Positions 40,399-48,953 of a stretch of 64,000 bases of DNA are shown here, piece after piece. The DNA is taken from positions 21,571 to 85,570 of the forward strand of contig NCBJ01000003.1 of assembly GCA_002255585.1 (NCBI GenBank), written 5' to 3'. The notes beneath the pieces are model-generated. The model was not told where the DNA came from, did no database searches, and worked only from the letters and a program-made list of their open reading frames with translations. This DNA is from Parcubacteria group bacterium 21-54-25. Its GTDB lineage: Bacteria; Patescibacteriota; Minisyncoccia; Phycocordibacterales; Phycocordibacteraceae. Each line of letters begins with the position of its first letter. Position 1 is the first letter of the stretch. The position numbers were made by a program, and so were the translations under genes.

Positions 40399-41256
40399 TT
40401 ATGTAGGTTGGGATCCTTCTTCCAACGTTCTAATCTGCTTTTCTAGGAAGTGCCAGAGAAATCCACCTTTTTTAAACGTGACTACGATAATGCCACCTCG
40501 CCCAGAATTGTACTTTGGCAAACTAAATAACGCGATATCTTTAAAGCGGTAAAACGGAAGAGATGGCGCTACACTAACAACATCGACTGACAAATGTGCT
40601 GTCCCGTCTTGAAATATCTGCTTAATATCACGAATTGCACCAGCCACCCTCTCCTTAACACTCCCCGGGTCCGTTGCGTACATATTAGCCAACTGCCCCA
40701 TGAGCGTCTCGTCTTCCGGGTTAGGCAATAGGAACTTCACGTCGGCACCCGGAGTTTTTGCGAGCTTTACGAAACTCTGCTCTCGGGAATGTCTCCAGGA
40801 GCTGGCATACCCAAAAAAGAACCGATAAGGGCCGCCACTCTCAAATAACACATCCCAATCGATCTCGCCTTGAAAATCGTCTACGCTGGAGATTGATACA
40901 AGTCCCGCCTCCTTGATCGCCAGCGACACGCCTACATGAGATAGGAGCTCGCGAGTCAGTCGTCTCTTAAGCAAGAGATCCCAGAATGCGGCCAGTACCG
41001 ACGAGGTCGAAATTACTGCGCCGCCCTCGCGCATGAGCGCCGAATACCAGTGTGGGTTCTTAGGGCTATCCGTCAAGTGTGCGAGATACATGAGGAACAG
41101 CCCGAAAAAAAATGCGACAAGTACCCACACGATTGTCCAAGCGGTTGTCAATTCCTTTTCTGGCATCCATTGTTTTTGTTTGTTCACGTTGTCCTCCCAT
41201 GACATCGACGCCCCCCACGGACTTGAGTGGCGCGCCGATTTAGAGTCCAATCCCAC
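40399..41256 (-). CDS. Membrane-anchored protein of unknown function, co-oriented with and 25 nt upstream of the exonuclease gene
   Basis: N-terminal TM helix (TTAWTIVWVLVAFFFGLFLMYLAHL) and a ~230-aa soluble domain with no recognised motif. Confidence 0.45.
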   Translation of the reverse strand: MGLDSKSARHSSPWGASMSWEDNVNKQKQWMPEKELTTAWTIVWVLVAFFFGLFLMYLAHLTDSPKNPHWYSALMREGGAVISTSSVLAAFWDLLLKRRLTRELLSHVGVSLAIKEAGLVSISSVDDFQGEIDWDVLFESGGPYRFFFGYASSWRHSREQSFVKLAKTPGADVKFLLPNPEDETLMGQLANMYATDPGSVKERVAGAIRDIKQIFQDGTAHLSVDVVSVAPSLPFYRFKDIALFSLPKYNSGRGGIIVVTFKKGGFLWHFLEKQIRTLEEGSQPT

Positions 41257-41278
41257 ACGGAGAGGAGATTAGGCATTG

Positions 41279-41386
41279 CGCCTCTCGTCTGCCGAGAGCT
41301 CTGCTTGCACATCGAGGACAAAGGCGACCTTTTCGATGAGCCCGGATTTCTGATTCTTGCGCAGCAACAGCTTCATGGCGTTCCTC
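41279..41386 (-). pseudogene. Truncated homolog (36 codons then stop) of the 34775..35155 small protein
   Basis: MKLLLRKNQKSGLIEKVAFVLDVQAELSADERRNA* against MKLLLRRNQKSGLIGKVSFTLDVRAELSADEQRNIAKYK. Confidence 0.5.
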
Positions 41387-41418
41387 CCGTGAATTGGTGA
41401 TGCCCCAATCCCATCCGA

Positions 41419-42630
41419 TTATTGTCCCAAAGTGCCGCCAGCCTCAAGCTCCCCGGGATGAAGCGTCCGGGCGCTAAAGGGCCGCGAGGGTGTCCCGTCG
41501 ATCATAAGGCGCAGGTATATATGGTGGTTGGGGAGGTTCACGAGATCCTCCGTGGAGAACGTCGGCGCGAACTCCCGGGCAAGGAATGGCGCGTCGTGGG
41601 GCCCCACCCGAAAGGAGATCACCGTGCCCACGTTCCCCAAGACTGCGTGACGGATCTCCGGCGCAAGCTGGTCGAGGTACTGGTGCACAAGCACCATGCC
41701 GACCCCGTACTTCCTGAGTTCCGAGGCCATGGTGACCAGGGCGAGCGTGGTGAAGTGCTGGAACTCGTCGAGATAGAGGAAGAAAGGGCGGCGCTCGCGC
41801 TCCGGCACCTCCGCCCGGCTAAAGGCCGCAAGCCCGATCGTGGTCACGAGGAGACCCCCAAGGAGGTGCGCTGCGTCCTCGCCAAGCCTTCCTTTTGAGA
41901 GGTTCACAAGGAGGACGACGCCGCCCTCGTCCATGAGCCGCCGGACCCCGATCGGTTTCTCGGGAGCGCAGAGAATCCGACGAAGGGTCGGATCGGCGAG
42001 AAACGCCCCCACCTTGTTCTGGATCGGGGCGATCGCCTCGGAGCGCATCCGGGGCGTATATCGCTCGTATTCGCGAAGCAGGAACTCGGCCACCTGCGGG
42101 TTCGTCGTGGTCCGCCCCACCCGACGCCGGAATTCGCGTTCGTCAAGCAGCCGGGGCAGGTCGAGGAGTGTTGCGTCCGGATAGTCCAGGAGCGCGAGGA
42201 GCGCGTTGCGGAGGATGTGCTCCATCCTGGGGCCCCAGGCGTCTTCCCACATCTTCTTGAACACCTCAAGCATCCCGGCGGCCGCAAGCGGCCGCTTCTC
42301 GGGCGCCACCTGTTTGAGAGGATTGTATCCATAGGGCTGATGCGGATCCGGAGCGTCCATGTATATGCACGTCTCCCGGCGGGCCGGGGGAACCTGAGCC
42401 GCAAGTCGCTCGACGAGATCGCCGTGGGGGTCAAGGAGAGCGAGTCCACGGCCCGCAGCGAGATCCTGGCGGATGAGCGTCTCTAGGAGCGTGCTCTTTC
42501 CGGTTCCGGTTTGACCGATCGCGTACAGGTGCAGCAACCGATCACGCTCTTTGATGCCAAAGCGGGTACGCTGGTTGCGGAAGTCGGTTTTGGCGAGGTA
42601 CGTAACCTGATGTCTTTCAGTGCGGGGCAT
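41419..42630 (-). CDS. T4SS coupling-protein-like/HerA-FtsK-like P-loop ATPase (TraD/TraG_D_C-type), shorter paralog of the family seen at 35156..37216
   Basis: Walker A YAIGQTGTGKSTLL, Walker B FFLYLDEFQHF, LVHQYLDQL motif. It lies in an isolated GC-rich 1.2-kb patch. Confidence 0.55.
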   Translation of the reverse strand: MPRTERHQVTYLAKTDFRNQRTRFGIKERDRLLHLYAIGQTGTGKSTLLETLIRQDLAAGRGLALLDPHGDLVERLAAQVPPARRETCIYMDAPDPHQPYGYNPLKQVAPEKRPLAAAGMLEVFKKMWEDAWGPRMEHILRNALLALLDYPDATLLDLPRLLDEREFRRRVGRTTTNPQVAEFLLREYERYTPRMRSEAIAPIQNKVGAFLADPTLRRILCAPEKPIGVRRLMDEGGVVLLVNLSKGRLGEDAAHLLGGLLVTTIGLAAFSRAEVPERERRPFFLYLDEFQHFTTLALVTMASELRKYGVGMVLVHQYLDQLAPEIRHAVLGNVGTVISFRVGPHDAPFLAREFAPTFSTEDLVNLPNHHIYLRLMIDGTPSRPFSARTLHPGELEAGGTLGQ

Positions 42631-43007
42631 CGTTACTCAATGGTGTATGAGCCGCGTTCACGTGGGTAGAGGGGGAATGCTGCCTTGTACAAGTACCGAA
42701 CGACCACATGGTAAACATCGACAGGTCACGGTATCACCATGCGCCGCGTCTCGCTGCCGGCCGGCGCGCGTTCGCTTAACTTACTGGCAGTCCCAGTAGT
42801 AGGGAAATCTCAGCTGAATACAGGCTCCTCTGATGCCCCGGCTTTGACAAGACCGCCCCATGAGCGTATATACTCGCGGGCAATGCCATTCTTGGACAAC
42901 GGGTCGACTGACGACCCGCGGTGGCGGCCAGACCAAAGAATAATGTGCCTCGCCCTGCGCACGAACGCGCAGCTAGATGGTAAGAGGGCATAGAGGGCAA
43001 ATGTCGG

Positions 43008-43379
43008 ATGGACAGCCACTCATCAGATCATGCCGCTGGCGAGCGCGCTGATCTAGAGACCACGAGAACCGTCCTCAGATATCAACTCGCTGCCCTTATT
43101 GCGAAGCTCCTCGGAGTGGCATTATGGATATTTTTTGCGGTGGTTTGGCCGTTAAAGATAACCGCGGGTAAGACCACTATCGTTAATGTCCTTTTCCATA
43201 TGATCGCGAACGTACACGCATCGGTAGCGATCTCGTGGGCAACGACAGCGGGGTTCGGATATCTCTGGGTTCGTGAACGACGTATTCGTAAGAAGAGTGT
43301 AAGGCGTGAACACGTCCGCATAGTGGAATTAGAGCAACTTCTAGATCCGAATCGATCCTCAAGTGGAATCGACGAATGA
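43008..43379 (+). CDS. Hypothetical membrane protein
   Basis: 123 aa with 3 hydrophobic helices. Confidence 0.35.
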   Translation: MDSHSSDHAAGERADLETTRTVLRYQLAALIAKLLGVALWIFFAVVWPLKITAGKTTIVNVLFHMIANVHASVAISWATTAGFGYLWVRERRIRKKSVRREHVRIVELEQLLDPNRSSSGIDE

Positions 43380-43529
43380 GTTCGACGGTACTGTGGATAA
43401 CGCGCTTGCCAAGAACGCACGCATCTGCTTCCCTGGTATTGGAAGCATCGATGTCCCAATTCGAAAATTTGGACATCCGCGGTCAGCCTCAGCCTTGCCA
43501 CCATGTACAGAATATAGGAGCGCACGACG

Positions 43530-44141
43530 ATGAGCGTGTCTGATCATGTGCTCATTGTGGAGGTATGCGTTAGCGTTGCGTTGCTGTGGTTTGCGTATTC
43601 CTTCATGTTCCAGAAAACCCGCACCGACGCATTCCAAGAAGATTTATTTACCATCCGCGATGAGCTCTTCGATTATATGTCGAGGTACAATGTACCATTC
43701 GACCTTCCCGCGTACCGTGCGATGCGTGACCTGCTTAACGGAGCTATCCGCGTTGCGCATTTCCTCAGCCTTTTCTCGATCGTGTACGCAGGCGTTGTGC
43801 GGTCTAGGAGTGCCGTATCTCCAAACACCGTCCAACTCGCAATAGGCAACATTGACGATACCGATGTGAGGGAACACTACCAGTACGTATATCTGAAGGT
43901 TCAGAAGCGCTTTTTGCAGTACTTCTTTCTGGAAGGGCTGCGTAGTCTCATCTTTACGCCTCTGTATCGCTATATGAAGCGACTAGGAATGAGGCCGCGC
44001 GTGCGCGCATTCGTTAGTGGTATGCGAAACGAACTCCTGGAGGAATTCGTCCAGTTCGGCAAAAAGGATTCGCTGGGGGCGCATATCTTACTGGCCGTGA
44101 CACGTGGCCAACGTCATCGTAAATCGTCAAAGGCAGCCTAA
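43530..44141 (+). CDS. Hypothetical protein with an N-terminal TM helix
   Basis: 203 aa with no recognised motif. A terminator-like GCCAACC-agggatg-GGTTGGC lies downstream. Confidence 0.4.
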   Translation: MSVSDHVLIVEVCVSVALLWFAYSFMFQKTRTDAFQEDLFTIRDELFDYMSRYNVPFDLPAYRAMRDLLNGAIRVAHFLSLFSIVYAGVVRSRSAVSPNTVQLAIGNIDDTDVREHYQYVYLKVQKRFLQYFFLEGLRSLIFTPLYRYMKRLGMRPRVRAFVSGMRNELLEEFVQFGKKDSLGAHILLAVTRGQRHRKSSKAA

Positions 44142-44362
44142 TGAGCCAACCAGGGATGGTTGGCTTCTCTATACTATCGGCTATATTTTGTCGCCTATTC
44201 GAATCCGGTGGCTACACGGGCCTGATTTGGTGCAGAAAGTGACATAGCACATCTATATACACTTCTGGTGTTTCCCTTTCTGCTCGACTGTGCTTATAAT
44301 ACTATAAGTTAATTGTTCTTTATAACATACTGATTCAACGGTGGTTATGTAGGAGATCAGAA

Positions 44363-44869
44363 ATGATTAACGCTGCTCTGCTCGAAACGGTCAGTGACGA
44401 GAGCGATGCGCGGCCTCCGGTATTTTGGGCTCTAGACCCGCGCCTACCACGGATCGCAGCCCAAGCAGCAGTTGAATTTGACTGGCTTGTGCAACAGAAG
44501 ACCGGTAACAATCTTCCGCATGTCTCTCGCGAAGCAATCAATGCACTTCACTTGCTATTGAGCGAGTCTACGGGGACCGCTCAGCCGGGTGGTCCAGACA
44601 ACAAGGGGTTCGTCGATACGCTAGGGCTAAATCTATTTGCCAAAGCGTATAACGCGTCGCACACGGGCCATCCTGTACGCACCCGAGACGAGTTGGATAC
44701 CGCAATGCGGCAGCTCGTAGACTCACTTTATCGGGCTGGGGAGAATAACGAGCTTGCCGAGAACATCTTGGCCGATATGCGGGATTTTTGTGCGAAACTT
44801 TCTGACTATGGTTCCGCCTATCGCAAGATGATTTACGGTAGCCGACAAGAACATCCTTACAGGAAGTAG
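44363..44869 (+). CDS. Hypothetical protein
   Basis: 168 aa, low-GC, immediately upstream of the HExxH/Dcd-like pair. Confidence 0.4.
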   Translation: MINAALLETVSDESDARPPVFWALDPRLPRIAAQAAVEFDWLVQQKTGNNLPHVSREAINALHLLLSESTGTAQPGGPDNKGFVDTLGLNLFAKAYNASHTGHPVRTRDELDTAMRQLVDSLYRAGENNELAENILADMRDFCAKLSDYGSAYRKMIYGSRQEHPYRK

Positions 44870-44949
44870 TGCTCGGCGCGCACATAACACACAATCAGCA
44901 GCCAATGTTTACGACTGAAGAACTGGATTAGAAGGTCCAGTTCTTTTTT

Positions 44950-46233
44950 ATGTTGGACTGGAGTTCGGAGCAGGAGGGCCGGCTGATGACGCCAGTCGAC
45001 TGTGCGAAGCAGAAGGTCAGTGCTGTAATTGATACCATCAATTCTGTACGCGAGCTCGATTTTCCGTACGAGCCTCCGCGCGAAGCGGTAGATTTTATTC
45101 GTAACATTTTCAGCGACCATCTCCAGCACCTAGACGGTATTTCAGCGGGGGGAACAGCCGCTCGCACCATGTGCAGGCAGGTTTCCGAAGATATTGATAA
45201 TTTCCTACTTGCTGTCGGCTTCATGGTGCGCGCCTGTGACAACCATGGCGCACTTGAGTTGCAAAGGCCACTGATGAGGCTGACACATCGAGCGATCGCC
45301 CCCCAGATAAAACTCATCATCTCTTCAGACTGGCGTTTTTCACCCTTCACTCTCTTATATCCCGGAGAATTCGGGGATAAGTTTGTCCTGGTTGGTCTTC
45401 CGATTTCCGAGGCGAGTAATCCACTCATAGCTCCCCTTGCCGGACACGAGCTAGGGCACAACATTTGGCGACGTCTGCCAGCATTCAATGTTCATATAAG
45501 CGAACAAGTAAAAAGCAAAGTGACCGAAACGATCAAGTCAGGCTTATGGGAGGAGTTTTCGAAGGCGTTCAACTTGAAGAACAAGGAAGACATAGATCAG
45601 GACGATCTCTTTGGAGCTATTTCTCCGTGGCAGCTAGCGAAAGTTTGGGCGCTATCACATTGCGAAGAGATGTTCTGCGATTTTATCGCGCTTACGATAT
45701 TTGGAGAAGGCTATCTGCATGCCTTCCAATACTTAATATCACCCGGCGGCGGCTTCCGAAATCCCACCTATCCCAGCATGCGAGATCGTATCGCTGCGTT
45801 AGTCGTGGCGTGTCAGGGGATCGGACTTACCGTTTCGAGAGGGTTTAGCGAGGAGTTTGATGAGTCGGACGTAAGCTCCGACCATCGGCAGCAGCTTCTC
45901 CTGCAAGTAAGTGACGATGTGTCACGAAGCCTGACAACCGACCTCGCCGAAGCAGCCAAGACTTGGTGCGAACAGCGGGGCGTAATCAATCGAAATCCCA
46001 ACGATGTCAATCGTATTGTATCGCTATTCAAGCGCGTCATTCCGGCCACCGGTGCTGAGAGTTTGGCAGATATAATCAATGCAGCTTGGTGCATTTATCT
46101 AGATCCCGTGAATCCGTGGGAGCACGACTACCCAATTACGAATAAACCGGAACGGCGAGCGTCGCTTACTCGCGAGCTTGCCCTGAAAAGCTTCGAGGTG
46201 TTTGAGATCGAAAGAACGCAGGAGGATACGTAA
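44950..46233 (+). CDS. HExxH zincin-like metallopeptidase-domain protein (AGHELGHNIW plus downstream Glu)
   Basis: A single HELGH motif at ~residue 165 with acidic residues ~50 aa later (HCEEMFCDF). Its stop overlaps the start of the Dcd-like gene (ATGA at 46231-46234). Confidence 0.45.
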   Translation: MLDWSSEQEGRLMTPVDCAKQKVSAVIDTINSVRELDFPYEPPREAVDFIRNIFSDHLQHLDGISAGGTAARTMCRQVSEDIDNFLLAVGFMVRACDNHGALELQRPLMRLTHRAIAPQIKLIISSDWRFSPFTLLYPGEFGDKFVLVGLPISEASNPLIAPLAGHELGHNIWRRLPAFNVHISEQVKSKVTETIKSGLWEEFSKAFNLKNKEDIDQDDLFGAISPWQLAKVWALSHCEEMFCDFIALTIFGEGYLHAFQYLISPGGGFRNPTYPSMRDRIAALVVACQGIGLTVSRGFSEEFDESDVSSDHRQQLLLQVSDDVSRSLTTDLAEAAKTWCEQRGVINRNPNDVNRIVSLFKRVIPATGAESLADIINAAWCIYLDPVNPWEHDYPITNKPERRASLTRELALKSFEVFEIERTQEDT

Positions 46234-46907
46234 TGCCTCTATCCGCAAACGAGATTGCGAGACATCTAGATGGCGCCCCTGACCTGGCTGTCGAGGAACA
46301 ATTTGTGTTGGCGCCACGGCCGAGTACCACTAACATACGCGAAAAAGGGGCGGCGTCCGTAGATCTGAGGTTAGGCACATGGTTTGTTACGACTAAAGCC
46401 AGCCGTCACTCTCTACTCGATATTTACGCAGACGAAGCGCAACAGCCTCCTGAGCACAACCTAACGGATAGGCACTACATACCGCTTGGGAGTTACTTTA
46501 TTTTGCATCCACATTCATTTGTTCTAGCGGGAACGTTGGAGTGGATAAAGATGCCCAAAGGTTTGTGTGGGTACATTACGGGAAAGTCATCATGGGGCAG
46601 AAGAGGCCTTATCATCGAGACAGCACCCGGTATCCATCCTGGCTTCGCGGGCTGCCTCACGCTCGAGCTTGCGAATGTCGGAGAAATACCGATAAAGCTT
46701 GTTACTGGTACTGCTGTGTGCCAGCTGTTCTTGCACGAGATGGTCGGCCAAGTAAATAATGTAGATCCAAGTAGTTTCCTCGGACAAAGGCAGCCGACGC
46801 TCGGCAGGGTAACACCAGATGAGTTCGTATTGAGGCTGATGCGTGCATCAACATCGGCGACCAGTCACAACACAAAAACTGCCGATACATCAGGCTCACA
46901 ATCTTGA
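46233..46907 (+). CDS. dCTP deaminase/dUTPase-fold (Dcd-like) protein
   Basis: SVDLRLG...FILHPHSFVLAGTLEWIKMP...GKSSWGRRGLIIETAPGIHPGFAGCLTLELANVGEIPIKLVTGTAVCQLFLHEM is colinear with E. coli Dcd motifs. Confidence 0.75.
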   Translation: MPLSANEIARHLDGAPDLAVEEQFVLAPRPSTTNIREKGAASVDLRLGTWFVTTKASRHSLLDIYADEAQQPPEHNLTDRHYIPLGSYFILHPHSFVLAGTLEWIKMPKGLCGYITGKSSWGRRGLIIETAPGIHPGFAGCLTLELANVGEIPIKLVTGTAVCQLFLHEMVGQVNNVDPSSFLGQRQPTLGRVTPDEFVLRLMRASTSATSHNTKTADTSGSQS

Positions 46908-47063
46908 ATTTTGGTCGACTTTGTACCATCTGTTCATAATATGACGTGCTTATGCGTGACCCGCTGCGCGCGGGGCTTGAACAGACCGGTCTATCGTCGT
47001 GGCCTGCAAACCGCTCGCGCCGCTTGAGTAGCAGACCAGTCACACGAGTCCTATGGTAATCCG

Positions 47064-47843
47064 CTACGGCCTTCGAAGTACCTTCGCTGCTGACGAGCCC
47101 ACCTTGCGCGGGAGCAGATCAGAGAGCGCCGCTTTTGCAAAATCGAGAGTGATCGGCGCGCCGACAAAGTGCGCGTTCGCCGCCAGCCGCCGAAGGGCGC
47201 CGTCGAGTTCGCCGCCACCAGAACGCAAGTGCTTGGCCATGTAGCGGGCCACGTCGCCCGGCAACTCCACCCGTGCCGCCTGCGCCTTGCTACGGAGGAT
47301 GGCCACGCGGGTTTCAAGCTCGGGCGCCGCAAGGGCGACCGTGAGCCCCCAATTGAAGCGCGAGCGGAGGCGCGCCTCCAGCCCATCGAGCTCTTTAGGA
47401 AACCGGTCGCAGGTAACGACGACCTGCTGGTCGTTTTCAAGCAGCCACATGAAGGTGTGAAAAAACTCCTCCTGGGGCTGCTCCCTGCCGGCGAAGCACT
47501 GAATGTCATCGATCAGGAGGGCATCGGCTGAACGGTAGGAGGGGGTCTTGTCACGAAGGGTGTTGTGCTGCAGCGCGTCGTCTACCTCTGCCACAAAGCG
47601 CTCCGCGTGCCGATAGAGCACGCTGGCACCCGGGCGCTCCTGCAGCATCCCATTACCTATCGCATGGAGGAGGTGGGTCTTGCCACAGCCGGCACCCCCG
47701 TAGATAAAGAGCGGGTTGTGCGCATGCCCGGGGCACTTCGCTACCTGATGGGCAGCGGCGTACGCACGCTCACTCGATTTTCCAGTAACAAAGCGCTCGA
47801 ACGTGAGGTCGGGGTTGACGTCGCCACCTGGGGTAAATTCCAC
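47064..47843 (-). CDS. DnaA domain-III-only AAA+ protein. It lacks DnaA domains I/II and the C-terminal DNA-binding domain IV.
   Basis: LTFERFVTGKSSERAYAAAHQVAKCPGHAHNPLFIYGGAGCGKTHLLHAIGN and ALLIDDIQCFAGREQPQEEFFHTFMWLLENDQQVVVTCDRFPKEL...LRSRFNWGLTVALAAPELETRVAIL are colinear with DnaA domain III. GC-rich patch. Confidence 0.75.
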   Translation of the reverse strand: MEFTPGGDVNPDLTFERFVTGKSSERAYAAAHQVAKCPGHAHNPLFIYGGAGCGKTHLLHAIGNGMLQERPGASVLYRHAERFVAEVDDALQHNTLRDKTPSYRSADALLIDDIQCFAGREQPQEEFFHTFMWLLENDQQVVVTCDRFPKELDGLEARLRSRFNWGLTVALAAPELETRVAILRSKAQAARVELPGDVARYMAKHLRSGGGELDGALRRLAANAHFVGAPITLDFAKAALSDLLPRKVGSSAAKVLRRP

Positions 47844-48583
47844 GGAGAAATCCCTCGCTCACTTTGTCGGCTGATGCAACGGGTGCTCAGGGAGGACAAA
47901 CAGTCTACGGCGTACGCTCTCCCCGCGCCACGTCCACATACGTAGCGAGAGGATTCCTCATCCCGACCGCGGAGGCAGCGCGGTAGCGACTTCCCGCGGG
48001 GCCGCCTCGGATATCGCCGTCGTTCCGGGCTCGCGCTTCATAATCGCTGCTGCGGGGCTCTAATTTGGCGCCGCGCGAGCGCGATCCGGCCGTGAGCGGC
48101 AGAAAAGCATCGCTCACCCCCAGACAGTGTCCGTTTTCTTTACACCGGATCTTCGCCTGAAATCTCTATATTGCGCAGGCGGTTGCCTGCGCCACCTTCT
48201 TGGCCTGCCCGCTTCACTACTACCCGCCCTATCGCTGGTGGAACTACTATGGGCGGATTACTTCCCGATGCGGTATCTCTCCCACAACTACCGGTTATTC
48301 CGATTGTTTGTGAGATTCTTCGAGCCATAGGCGTCCCCGATCATGTCACGTTTTTTTACATTTTAAATTCGTTCTAGCCAGATCGTAGCCACCACCGCGC
48401 TTCAACTTATTGTTTTAACGCCAGGCGCTACGCATTGGCCCGCATATTGCTGCGGGATTGGGCCATTGATTGAGAGGATGCACGAGCCCCGATTGGACGT
48501 AACACGGAACCGCACAGGCTCGATTCGGGTCGTCAGACCGACCCGAGTACCACAAGTGACGAAAGCGTGGCTCAGGAGGAGGC

Positions 48584-48953
48584 ATGAGACAGTTTGGTAC
48601 ATACGTGAGTTCTGCGACCTTGCTTGCCTTTGTTGTCACGTGGCCATCCCTCCTATACGTAACAGATTTCGTCGCAGGCGATATTTTTATCGGCGTGAAT
48701 GGCGGGACCTATTACCATTACGACTCCAATGGCCACCTCTCTCGAAACGCTGAGTGACGGTCTTGGCGGGTATACAACAGGCTGTGCATTCGATGCGAAC
48801 GGAAATCTCTATACGACCAACTTTAGTAATACCTTTGCGATTAGAGACGCAAGAGATCAGCGCACCGAGTCGTGGATTGCAAGTGGAACGCTGTCCCAGT
48901 TACCTCGCCGATCTGTCAATGGGATTGTTCGACTGCGCGGGAGAAGGCCATGA
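48584..48953 (+). pseudogene. Possible frameshifted NHL/SMP30-like beta-propeller gene fragment with an N-terminal signal peptide
   Basis: ATG with a GGAGGAGG RBS gives MRQFGTYVSSATLLAFVV...GDIFIGVNGGTYYHYDSNGH, then a stop. Related repeats (GGYTTGCAFDANGNLYTTNFSNTFAIRD) continue in another frame. Confidence 0.25.
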
